Assembly: GCA_039096225.1 (NCBI GenBank)
Contig: JBBPEB010000009.1
Location: 868,001 to 932,000, forward strand
Length of the DNA stretch: 64,000 bases
Origin: Blastocystis sp. Blastoise
Taxonomy: Eukaryota; Protista; Bigyra: Opalinata
Reading direction: 5' to 3'
Each line of letters opens with the position of its first letter. The first letter of the stretch is position 1. The position numbers and the translations under genes were made by a program. Shown piece after piece: positions 49,626-63,012 of the stretch. Under the pieces are notes generated by a model. It made no database searches. It was not told the DNA's origin and saw only the letters and a list, made by a program, of their open reading frames with translations.

Positions 49626-50629
49626 AATATTAAACCTATATACAATAAATAAACATAATAAATAAATAAATAAATAAATAAATAATAAACAATAAATATA
49701 TATATAAATATATATATATATAATTAATAAATAAATAAACATATAAAAAAAATGAATAAATAAATAATAAATAAATAAATAAATAATAAAAAAAAATGTA
49801 AACAATAAATAATAAAAATAATAAATAAAATATAAATATATACCTTTAAAATAACCTTGAACGACAGATTAAAGAAGGAAAATATTTAGCAACGAAGACC
49901 ACAACACATCCATTGAAGTTTCTTTCCTATAGAATAAAAATTATTAATAATATATAGAATAAATTATATGTAAAGACTAAATAAATAATATTGATAATAA
50001 AAATAATAAATAATAAAAACGAATTAACAAAAAGAAAAACAGATCTTAAGAAATAAATAATATATTTATATACCTGAAACAAAGTAATCCATTACACACA
50101 ACCAAGACCACTTCAAGAACCCTTCACTACCACAACCAAGACAAATACAAAAGAATCCTATAGAAAAGTGTATTATTTTAAATAAATAAATATATACATA
50201 CAAATATATATAAAAATAATAACTAAACAATATCAAATAAATAAATAAAACATACTCAGTCAATCAATATAATTAAATATTTAAAAAAAGAGTAAAGAAC
50301 TATGTTTTTTGGGTACCCAAAATGATTTTAAATAAGAATGACCCAATTATTACTTTAGTAAATAAATCAATGAAAAATTAAGGTTTTTTTTGATTTCTAT
50401 TATGTTTAAAGAAGCATATTTTGAAAATAGACCCTATTATATTTATTAATACAAATGAAATAGGATTCTTAAATACATATTCAAATACTTAATTGTATAT
50501 TATATTATTAAATAAGATGTCTAAAAACAACAAAATGTCATCCAGGAGGAGGTCTGGAAATAAAAAATAATTTATATTTCAAAGAAAATCAGGTATATTA
50601 TATCTATTTGTTATTATTATTCATATTTA

Positions 50630-51654
50630 GGTTCTTCTACTCAATAGAATCCAGTTGTGTATGCTCTTGGTCTTGGTGGTACTTGCTATGATGGTCTTTA
50701 ATGTATATATTTTTCCATTTCTTTTTTTTTAAATTATTTATTATATTATTTTAGGTTCTTCTATGCTATTTGAATTATGCAGTGGTGGTGGTGTTGCCTG
50801 TTATGCTAACTGTGAAGGTATGTTGTCAATGATTTGTTTTTATTTTTTTAACTTTTCTTTATTTATAGGTTCTTCTGTTGTTTTAAATGATGCTAATGGT
50901 TCTAATGATGTGATTGTAGGTTCTTCTTATTGTATTGAAGGTATGTTGCCAATCATTTAATTTATTTTTATATTTTATTATTATTTTTTTATTATTTCTA
51001 TATATATATATAGGTTCTTCAGTTGCTGTGCATGTAAACAGTGGTGTAGATGAAGATATCTGTGTAGTGTTGAAGGTATGTTGTCATTCATTTATTTTTC
51101 TTTTTTTACTTTTATATATATAGGTTTGTTTTATTGATGTAAATGTTGCTATGGATGTTGTTGGTGATCAGATAGACTGTTCCTATGGTATTAAAGGTAT
51201 ATATATATATTGTCATTCATTTATTATTATTTTTTTTTATTTATTATTTGTCTATTACTGTTTCTTTATAGGTTCTTTTATTGTTGTGTGTGTGGTTGCT
51301 GAAGGTGTTAATAATTAAGGTATGTCTATTTTTTTAATTTAATTTAGTTTATTTTTATTTATTATTTATATATAGGTCCTTCTATTCTGATCGAGTCTTC
51401 TATTATAGGTAATGAAAGGTATATACTTATTTCTTCCTTTCTTTTTTTTTTAATTTATTAATTATCTTATCATTATATATAGGTTCTTCAAGTCAGTTAT
51501 GATATGATACTTATTTTTCTGTTCCTTCTTTAGAAGGTATATATATTTTTATTGTTTATATATTTTTTATTATTTATTATATATAGGTGTCTTTTCTAAT
51601 AGGGGATCTTATCACCCTAATGTTGGCTTTTATTTTAATAATAAAAATATATCT

Positions 51655-51685
<31 letters not shown>

Positions 51686-51830
51686 ACAAATATTTATATT
51701 TCTTTTAATATATATATCTATATATTTTATCTATATAGTGATGGTGTGAATAGTTCTTTAATGCTGAAGGTATATATATATATATTTATCTTTTATTTCT
51801 ATAGGTTCTTCTAATTTGGTTGGCATACTT
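50630..51830 (+). pseudogene. Degenerate micro-exon cassette (GT-AG introns, exons GTTCTTC...GAAG); copies at ~57725-58950(+) and ~41921-42830(-)
   Basis: Repeated TAG|GTTC...GAAG|GTAT junctions; many exons are 48, 63 or 72 nt; stops and frameshifts in some copies. Confidence 0.55.
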
Positions 51831-53229
51831 AACATATTATTTTATTTTTGTTTTGTTTTGTTTTGCTTTGTTTATTATTATTATTTTTTTTTTTCACAGA
51901 TAATATCTTTCTATTATCTGTTTTCTTAGTATTATTTATTTATTTTTGTTTTGTTCGTTTTTTATAATTTTTATTGTGCTTACTATTAAGATAATTTTGA
52001 AATTAGTTAATGTTATTAGTATGTGGTCCTTAATATTGTTTTAATTTATAATAACATTCATTTATCACCTAATCTGATATAGACTAGCGATATAATTACA
52101 TCAATGATTGAGTTATTATTAAGTTTTGTATTCTCCACTTTCATTTATATATTTAATTATGTGTAAAATTTTAAGCAATAAGAAATGTGAAAAAATAGGT
52201 TATTAAATTAAGAGATTTAAAATTATAGAAATTGTTTAATATAGAACAACATGTACTCTACAACATATTAAAAAATAAGAGAATTTCATTTTTGACAAGT
52301 GAATTAAGAATGCGTTTGAGTTGTTCAGAAATTTTAAAGAGTAAGTCTATTCTTTTAAAATTGTGTTTTTGTTATACTATGAAAATTTTGACTTTTAAAA
52401 ACAAGTTTAAAGGGATTATTTTTTTAAAATGTAGAAATGAATTATCCAAAGGACGAGATTCAATATAAAACATTTTATTTATCAAACTATTATTTATAGT
52501 CTGAATTATATTAAAAGGAGGGACAAAAATACTCTTGACAAAGTGTATGACCAAATGAAAAATGTTTATAAAGAGTGTCAAAATGGTAGCTAATGTATTG
52601 ATAGAGTTATGTTGAGCATAGTGTTAAAATATAAGCTTTTTAAATTAACTATAAGTGTGTTAACTTTTCAAAATGTATAAAAAAGGGTCTTTAGGTCAGA
52701 GATTCAAGACATTCAACTATAAGTAATATATGAAATAATGAGATCTATACTATGTGAAAGTTACGTCTAAAACTATTTTGATACACTGGATATCAAAATG
52801 GTGAAGTCTCTTTACAAGCGATATTGTTGACACCTTTATGTATAGAAATGCTATTTAAAGTGACTTTATTAATATTAATTCTAAAATTATGTGTTTAAGT
52901 CGTTAAAGTGAAAATGAATGTTGACTTTGTTGTGTTAGATTCGTTTTAGTTTTATGAAATGGTTAAAGAAAGTGTAAACTACCTTATTATAATCTATTTA
53001 AAATGATTTTACATAATAATGACTTTCAATACTTAACATTGTGACCCATTTCTAAATTTATTAGCTTTAGAAACTCCATAATAATTAAAGCAGTAACTCA
53101 ACTATTTATAAATACAAAATATATTTTTAAAATAATAAATAACAAATATAATGATTCAAAAACGATTTCTTATTTTTTTTAAAGTATTGTTTTTAGTTTT
53201 TCAGATACTATTCAAAAGTAAATTTTAAT

Positions 53230-53297
53230 TCTTATATCAGGAATTGAACCTGATTACAATCAATATATGATTGTAACTCTCCATATAGAGTATAAGA
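53230..53297 (-). ncRNA. tRNA-like (mascRNA-like) cloverleaf, subtype 1
   Basis: TCTTATA / CTCT-ATATGG-AGAG / TTACAATCA-TATAT-TGATTGTAA / TCAGG-TTCAATT-CCTGA / TATAAGA. Confidence 0.6.
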
Positions 53298-56064
53298 AGT
53301 GTTAATAAAATAATATATATAATATATAATAAGTAACATATTATAGATAATAAGTAACATATTATAGATAATATTTAATAAATAATATATATTATATAAT
53401 ATATAGTAGATAATAAGGAAAGAAAGTGAATAAAAACAAAACACTTATTATTCATTGCAGCCGCGGTCCGGTGCCGTTAGGCCCCGGACCTGCGGCGTGA
53501 CCCTAGTAAAAATGAAAATAATAAATAAAATATAAATATATACCTAATAGATTAATCTGAAACCACAGACTAAAGAAGAATGACATGAAAAAACGAAGAC
53601 GACAACACATCAACAACATTTTCTTTCCTATAGAATAAAAATAATTAAAAACTATTTAATAAATGATATAAAAAGACAAAATAAATAATATAGATAACAA
53701 AAATATAAAATAAAACAAAGTAATGAGAGAATTAAAAAACAAATACTATAAAAATAAATATATATTATATACCTGACACAAAGTAATCCAATTCACATAG
53801 CCGTGACCACTTCAAGAACTCTTTACTACAACAACCAAGACAAATACAAGAGAATCCTATAAAAAAGTGTATTATTTTGAATAAATAAATAACTATATAG
53901 ATAGATAGATATAATGCAATATAAAACAATATCAAATAAATAAATAAAATATACAGAATCAAATAATATAATCAAATATTTAAAAAATGTAAAAAACTAT
54001 GTTTTTTGGGTACCATAAATGTTTTTAATAGAAAATGACCCAATTATTACTTTTGTAAATAAATCAATGAAAACTCAAGGGTATTTTTGATTTCTATTAG
54101 ATTTTAAGAAGCATATTTTTATAAAAGACCCTTTTCTTTAAAAGTAGAAATATAAACACAATTTTTATATTAAGAGAAAACACTTATCATTACTATTATA
54201 AAGCAAATAGGCAAAAAAATTCCCATTGGTCAGTTTTTGGAAAAACCATTTGATTGGCTACTATATACTATAGTTTGTCGCCGCAACTCCTCTAAACTTA
54301 CGGGGAGTTAACTTTTGGTTGAAACACAGTTCAATACGATATAACGTGTAGTTTTGCACCGTATATTTGGATAAGCGATATTGTTTATAATTAAAAAGTT
54401 ATTAATAAAAAAACAGAAAACATGATTTTTGAGTCGTTTTTGATTGGCTCTTTGGGGTGACCCCGATAAAAATTGTTGACCAGACAATTGAAAAATAAAC
54501 ATGGGGTAAACTTGATTTTTTCTCAATCCCACAATATACGTTATCCGTGTTTATTCTTTATATTTATCTATTTTTTAATACTTTTTCATATTGAACACGT
54601 GAGGCCTTAACGGTCAAATTTAGATTCTCAATTTGACATGATATTCTGATTCAGGAGGTCCAAAAACCTAGGTGTAGCGATTTTGAGCTCCTGAGGACGA
54701 TTTTTGAGTGATCGATATTTTCTTCGATCTTCTTATAATGGACTAATATTGTAGCATAGTAATCAATAGGTCATCAAACTACTATAGTTAAAACAGAGTT
54801 TTAAAATAACGAGTTTAAAAGTGACAATTTTGAAAAATGTGAATTAAGTGGTCTTAGAGTGAGAGATTCAATATTATGACTTTTATTTAGTAAACTAGAC
54901 TTATAACTCTATTCTATATTAAAAGGAGAGTCAAAATTATGAAGGTCAAAGTGTATGACCAAATGACAAAATGTGTCTTAAAAAGTAAAAGGGTTTATAT
55001 ATGTGTTTAGAATCATGTATCAAGTCTATTTTATGAATAAGAGCTTTAAATAAATAGTTTAAGGTTGTCAAATTTAAAAGAATGTGTAAAACATAGTCTT
55101 AAACTATGAATAAAAAATTTAGAGATATTAATTAGTGTACAGCTATAGTAGCTCTACAACATATCAAAAGTACAGTTAAAATAATTTTTAAAGAATGGAT
55201 GTGTGAGGTGTTGTGACTATTATTTAAAATTTATTTTTACTTCAGTTTGAGCAAAATCGTGTTTTTGGAACACTGTAGAAAAATTAACTTAAAAAATCAA
55301 CTCTAAGGGTCTTAATTTTTAGAAAATGTAAAAATGAGTGACTTAGAGGACGAGATTCAAAATAAGAGCTTTTAGTCATTAAACTAGAGTGTATAACCTA
55401 TATTATATTAAAAGGAGGGACAAAAATATTTTGATCAAAGTGTATGACCAAATGGTAAAGTGTCTTTAAAAAGTCTAAAGTGTTGACTAATGTGTTCATA
55501 GGTCTAAATCAAGTTTAATTTTAAAATATTAGCTTTATATAATAAGTTAAAGGTTGTCTATTTGTCAAAATGTATTAAGTAGTGTCTTAAACAAAGAGAT
55601 TCAAGAAGTTGACTTTCATTTTATAGATAGCATGTGTATATAAACACTTTATGAAAAGTACTTTAGAAAATATTGTGGATGAGTGTTTTGCCAAATGGTA
55701 AAGTTGTATCAAGAGTTGATTGTTTCCATTCCTTTTTGTATAAATCAATGTTTCGTGTTTACTCTATAAAAATAAATTATTAATACTGAGTTTAACGTTT
55801 TAAAGTCGACATGTGTGTTTGGTTTGTTTACTTTTAATTATTAAAATTGAGTTTAAATTGATAAATTATGTCAGACACGTCTATATTGATTGATTCAAAC
55901 AGTTTAGAGATAATTTATTTGTTTGAGTATAAATAGATTTGTTCTCATTGTGACTGTTGTTAAGAAGAGGAAGTCTAAAAAAGCTATAAAAAGTTAGATA
56001 TATATGTTTAAGATCAAAATTGAAAAGTATAAATTAAAATGGTTTAAAATAAATTTAAAAAAGA

Positions 56065-56115
<51 letters not shown>

Positions 56116-56148
56116 GTGAATAAAATATTAAAAAATAAAAAAATAACA

Positions 56149-56214
56149 CTTTATGTCAGGAATTGAACCTGAAAACAATCTATATGATTGTTTCTCTCCT
56201 TCTAGAGCATAAAA
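56149..56214 (-). ncRNA. tRNA-like (mascRNA-like) cloverleaf, subtype 2
   Basis: TTTTATG/CATAAAG acceptor; same D-like, middle and T arms. Confidence 0.6.
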
Positions 56215-56793
56215 GGAGTTTATAAATAATAATAATAATCAAATATATATATTTATATATATATAATAAGAAGGAAATGAAGTGGAAGGATGAGGAAGAA
56301 GGAAGTAGGAAGGATTAGGAAGAAGAAGTAAGAATAAGGAAGGATGAGGAAGAAGGATGAGAAAGAAGGAAGTAAGAAGAAGTAAGAATAAGGAAGGATG
56401 AGGAAGAAGGAAGAATCCAGAATGAAGAAGAAGTAAGTAAGAAGAATCAAAGATGAGGAAGAAGGAAGAAGGAAGTAGGAAGTAGGAAGTAGGAAGCATG
56501 AATGAAGAATGAAATAGGAAGAAGGAAGCATGAATGGAGAAGGAAATAGGAAGAAGGAAGAAGGAATGAAGAAGGAAATAGGAAGTAGAAAGAATGAGAA
56601 AGAAGTAAGAAGGAAGAAGAAAGAAGAAAAAAAAGAATAAGAAGATTTTAAACCTATATAAAATAGAAAACATATAAAAAAGATAATATAAATAATTAAT
56701 AAATACATAAATAAATATTAAAAATAAATAAATAAACATATAAAATAAATAAATAATAATAAATAAATAAACATATAAATATAATAAATATAA

Positions 56794-56836
<43 letters not shown>

Positions 56837-59006
56837 AATAAATAAATAAATAAATAAATAAAATAAATTTAATAAATAAAATATAAATAAATAAAGAAAC
56901 AATAAATAACAAAAATAATAAATAAAATATAAATATATACATATAAATCAACCTGAAACCACAGATTTAAAAGAAAGACATGAAAAAACGAAGAGTATAA
57001 CACACACATCAGTTACATTTTCTTCCCTATAGAATAAAAATAACTAATAATCTATTGATTAATTATATATAAAGAAAATATAAACCAAAAAGATAATAAA
57101 AAAAGAAACAATTAAAGAAACAAATGAATTAAAAATGAAATATTATAAAAAATATATATATTTATATACCTGACACTAAATAAACCATTTCATTTAACCA
57201 GGACCACTTCAAGAACCACTAACCATGACAACCAAGGCAAATACAAGAGAATCCTATAAAGAAGTGTATTATTTTAAATAAATAAATTAGTATATAAATA
57301 GATAAATATAATACTAAGTTAAATAACTTTAAATAAATAAATAAAACACACTAAGTCAATCAATACAATAAAATATTTAAAAAAGAGTAAAGAACTATGT
57401 TTTTTGGGTACCCAAAATGATTTTAAACCAGAATGACCCAATTATTACTTTTGTAATAAAATCAATGAAAAATTAAGGCTATTTTTGATTTCTATTATGT
57501 TTTAAGAAGCATATTTTAAAAATAGACCCTATTATATTTATTAATTCAAATGAAATAGGATTGTTAAATACATAATCTAATACTCATTTATATATTAAAT
57601 TATTAATTATGATGTCTAAGAACAACAAAATTGCTTCAAGGTGGAGGTCTGGAAATAAAAAATAATTTATATTTCAAAGAAAATCAGGTATATTGTATCT
57701 ATTTGTTATTAGTATTCATATTTAGGTTCTTCTACTCAATAGAATCCAGTTATGTATGTTCTTAGTCTTGGTGGTACTTGCTCTGATGGTCTTAAAGGTA
57801 TATATTTTCCATTTCTTTTTTTATTAATTATTTATTATATTATTTTAGGTTGTTCTATGTTATTTGTATCATACAGAGGTGGTGGTGTTGCCTGTTATGC
57901 TAACTGTGAAGGTATGTTGTCAATGATTTGTTTTTATTTTTTTAACTTTTCTTTATATATAGGTTCTTCTGTTATTGTAAGTGATTCCAATAGTGATATC
58001 GGTGTTGATGTAGGTTCTTCTTGCTTTATAGATGGTATGTTACCAATCATTTATTTTTTTTTTTTATATTTTATTATTATTTTTTTATTATTTCTATATA
58101 TATAGGTTCTTCAGTTGTTGTACATGTTAACAGTGATGTTGATAATAGATGTCTGTGTGGTGTTGAAGGTATGTTGTCATTCATTTATTTTTCTTTTTTT
58201 ACTTTTATATATATAGGTTTGTTTTATTGATGTAAATGTTGCTATGGATGTTGTTGGTGATCAGGTAGACTGCTCATATGATATTAAAGGTATATATATA
58301 TTGTCATTCATTTATTATTATTTTTTTTTATTTATTATTTGTCTATTACTGTTTCTTTATAGGTTATTCTACTGTTGTGGTTGTAGTTGCTGAACGTATT
58401 AATGATGAAGGTATGTCTACTTTTTAAATTTAATTTAGTTTATTATTATTTTTATCTTATATAGGTCGTTCTTTTCTTATGGAGTCTTGGATTAATGGTA
58501 ATAATGATACAGGTATATTCTTATTTCTTCCTTTCTTTTTTTTTTGATTTATTAATTATCTTTTCATTATATATAGGTTCTTCAAGTCAGTTAAGATATC
58601 ATGGTGTTTCCTCTGTTCCTTCTTTAGAAGGTATATATATATATTTATTGTTTATATATATTTTATCATTTATTATATTATATATAGGTGTCTTTTCTAA
58701 TAGGGGATCTTATCACCCTAATGTTAGCTTTCATTTTAATAATAAAAATGTATCTAAAGGTATATATATATATATATATATATAACAAATATTTATAATA
58801 TTTCTTTTAATATATCTATATCTTATATCTATATAGTGATGGTGTGAATAGTTTTTAATACTGAAGGTATATATATATATGTTAGATATATTTATTATAC
58901 TATCTCTTATTATATATATATATATCTTTTATCTATATAGGTTCTCTTAGTGTTATGGTTATGTTTAGATTTTTTTTTTTAGTTCTTTTTCTTTTTCTTT
59001 TGCTTA

Positions 59007-62000
59007 TTAATATCCTTAATTTAGCAGCCCAAAAGTACGGTGTCTCACACACTTTCACCTTTATTGACTTTGTTATTAACTTTTATAAAATAAAAATAAC
59101 ATCATAAAAACCGGAACACAATTCTAAAAATGACTGTTAAAAAAAAATTTTCGAAAACTCTAAATTTCTGGCTAAAAAACGGAAAAAACCATTTTCGCAC
59201 AAAATTTTAACCAAAATTATTGGATTATTTTTATTTTATCCAATATTTTTCATTTTTATAAAAACACTTATTTTTCCATTTTCATTTTTTATTGTTTTCT
59301 TATTTTTCCTATATCTACTTACATTCTTTATATTTATTTTTATAAAATTAACTATTATTGACGAGTTAGTCTAATGAATAGTTTTGACGGGTAAATTTGT
59401 TTATATTAAGAACTTGACAACATATCAATACACAGATCACTAACTATAAACTCTAAAAACATTTCATATGTAATGAATACGACCTCAACTATTATAAAAC
59501 AACAATAATTCCTTTAAATAACGACAAAAGTCAAACTGATATCCGACACATTCCTTTTAAATAAACTTATTTGAGCTTTAATGCATTTATTTAACTCTAT
59601 ATCCGTCATAGATATGTTTTATATTTTATTAATATCTTTTAAAAGAGATATATTTGTTTCTAAAAATTTTAGTGTTTGATACCCAATTTTGTGATCTTGA
59701 TATTTCTGTCAATATTCAACATATAATGAAAATTAAAATATATTTAGAAACTAGATAACATAAAAATGATGCATTTTTAATATTTCCTTTTAATATTCAA
59801 TATTGACTAAAATATAAAAGTTTATATTAAAAACATAAAAATGAAAATTTTCTAAAAAGGGTATATTTTGTGATTGTGATTTCTCAGTCAATATTTTATA
59901 AAATAATAAAGTTAAAACATATTTAGATATAAGACAACCAAAACATGATGCGTTTTTGTCACTTTTTTAAATAATTAAAAAATGATGTTACAGGAGACAA
60001 TAGTTGAACTCAATAAAAAAATGAGGTTCGAAATTTTTCTCAAAACTTTTTTATTTGTTTTTTGTTAATATTTTCATCATTAACAATTTTATTTGACATT
60101 TGACTTCATATTTAACTATAACATATCAAAATAAACATATTTTACAATTTTATTTTGTTTTTAAAAGACTTTGACAACAGATCACCAGACAATGTTAACT
60201 CAATAAACTCTGAAAATGTTTCAATTAGTGTTTAGAATCATATATGGACACTGAACGTGACTTATTTGAAAAAGTTAAGACAACATGTTGAACTGATACA
60301 GACAATGTTTGTTCTATAAAGTCTATTATGGGTCTCAATGAGTAGATAATGTCATAAATGAGCTTTAAATAAATAAATTTATTCATAATTGTCTTTAATT
60401 AGTGAAATAAATCGTTTAAAAAAAGAAAATGTTTTTGATACTATAATTTATTTTGACAATTTCTCCATCAATATTAATTTTTAAAAAATAAATAAAACTT
60501 ATTTATAAACTAGACAACCTATAGTTTATATATTTATAAAAATATTATAAAAATATTAAATAACTTTTGAGAAAAAAAATTATATATGCAAAACATAAAA
60601 ATAAAAATTTTTGAAAAAAGGGTATAGTTTATCGTTTTAATTTCTCAGTCAATATTTAATTATTTTATATATTTTTAACAAATAAATATAGAGAATAACA
60701 CATATTAATTATATTATTTTTAATATTTGAAATTAATAAAAAAATGAGTTCAGTAGAGTCAATAATGTAACATGTTAAAAAACTGAAAATTGAAAAATCA
60801 TTTTTCTAAAAATTTTCCAAAAGTTGACAAATCAAATTAATATTTTACAACTATTTTTTATATATTTGAAGACTAGGCCTTATATGTATTGCATATCTCA
60901 AAAAATTAGTCAAAAATAAGTTAGACGAGTGTATGAGTATATGCATATGTTGACTCAAAATTTTATAAAAAGTAGTTCAATGTGTCCTAAACCACATATT
61001 AGGACAATTCTGAAAATATTATTACTTTATAATGACTTTAAAGGATAAAATAGTTTTGAATTGTCTGTTTGACTGTCTTAAGTCAAGAGATTCAATACAA
61101 CTTTTGTAATTATGAGTATTAGGGTGTTTAATGTTTATAGTAATAAAAGAATTGTTTGAAATAAAGGTGGTTGTGTGTTTGACCAAAATGTTAAAATGAG
61201 TCTATTTTTTAAAAAATGGTTGTAATAAGTATGTATAGAGTGTTTTTAAATTGTTTTATATTAAAATCGACAATAAATAAATATTTTAAGTTGTTCAAAA
61301 AATTATTTTTTTAGAATTACAATAGTTAAGTTAAGAGATTCAAGTCACTTTTTATAATAATAATAAATAGACTTATTATAGAATATAAAATATTAAAAAT
61401 TAGTCTAATTAAATATGGTTGACTGTTTGATAGGAGTGTTAAAATGGGTAAAAAGATTTTAATTGTTTCTAAAACTGTATAATACGTTTTTATGTCACTA
61501 AATACAAAATTATTATTGTTTAAAGAATGTTTTTTGTCTTTCAAAAGAACTCATTCTTTGTAATTGTGACTTTAAACAAAAGAGATTCAAGTTATTTTTT
61601 ATAAATTAAAATAACAAATTCAATACATGTGTATATTAGCATAAAATTAGTTAAAATAAAAGTGAGTATATGTATTTAAAAACGTTCAGTCTTTTAGAGT
61701 TTTTTTATGATAACTTATTTGTTTTAGAAGCTATATTGTATGTACAATAATAAAAGTTTCCAAAGTATTTAAATCTATTTAGTTATGAAATGAAATGTAA
61801 TTTTTGTTTTATATTTTAGTTTTTATTTCTTATTTCTAGAATGATTTTGATAACACTATAAAAATTGAATTAAATTTGAATTAATTAATTTTAAATAATG
61901 AAAAGATAATTTCTCTATAAATATTCTCTTTTACTTAAAACGAATAGATTCTATTAATGATAAATATTAAAATAAGACTCTAATTTTTTTGTTTATTATA

Positions 62001-63012
62001 TAAAGTAATAAATATCTTTTAATTATTAAGAGTACTTTTGTATTAATAATTCAAACTAAAATAAGTATAATTAAAGAAAAATTATAATATTTATCAAATA
62101 ATATCAAGATATGATTACTATTTATATAATTAAACATTTATTAATTGAGAAAAACTGTATAATAAAATTTCTAAAATATTTATATAATAGTATATATAAA
62201 AGGAAAGGATAAAATATAAAAAAACAAATAGATATCAAAATTATAATATTTTAAAAATAAAACAAAACAATATATGAAAAGAATAAAAAAGAATATATAA
62301 TATTTTTTTAGACAAGAGAATAAGCTATTTCTCACAATAATAATTATATAGACTAATTCAAATAAAACATAAATATTTAAAGGTAGGGTATAAGTGATAA
62401 TAATATGTTTTAAAAGAAAAAGTATTTTATAATCATATTGATATTATTTAAAATACTAAATATTTATAAAACTAAATGAATTGATAAAATACATAGAAAG
62501 TTATAAATGAAATAACAAAGAAAAGTGAATTAATATTGAAAACTAAAAACTAAATAGAAATAGAAATAGAAATAGAAATAGAAATAGAAATAGAAATAGA
62601 AATAGAAATAAGATCAAAAATAAAACACAAGAGTTAATTAATTATCATTGATAAACAATAAATATATATAATCAATAATAAAAATGGCTAAAAAGAATAT
62701 TAAAAAAAAAAGGAAATAATACTCAAAAACATATAGAATGTTAAGTAAGAATTATCAATATGTATGAATTAAATTATTTAAAATACTAAATTGAAAATTA
62801 AGATTAGAAGATAACAATTAAAAGCAATTGAAATAATATTTTATAAAATATGAAATAGTTTTAATCCTAAAAAAAAATAAAAACAGAAATGAATAACAAA
62901 AACATAAGAATAAATATTCATTTTTTAAAATTCAATGTAAGATATAACAATTGAGAGATAATAATTATCTAAACTCAAGCGTAGGCTGGCGTAGCCAGTC
63001 GTGAAACGCTTG
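59007..63012 (+). mobile_element. Helitron-like family B, copy 2 (uninterrupted, ~4.0 kb), containing the empty viral integration site
   Basis: Collinear with 9722-13514 + 41730-41920; ends in hairpin-CTTG|T; flanks rejoin to match ~51860-51900. Confidence 0.7.

Larger units (their letters stand above)
47150..53506 (+). mobile_element. Complete non-autonomous Helitron A (6,357 bp) with captured spliced cassettes
   Basis: A|TC 5' end at 47150; GC hairpin 53460-53496; CTAG|T at 53503-53507. Confidence 0.85.
44253..54186 (+). mobile_element. Helitron A outer copy (44253-47149 + 53507-54186), interrupted by further copies
   Basis: A|TCATTACTATATATATGAGAATAGG 5' end. The flanks of the 47150-53506 insert rejoin into sequence matching ~49800-50450. 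Confidence 0.65.

Noticed and set aside
43599-56951. F/L/S-rich ORFs (43599, 43663, 46266, 46541, 49118, 49341, 56239, 56253 etc.)
   Set aside because: Stop-free reading of pyrimidine and ATTT low-complexity tracts; open in several frames, with no protein features.
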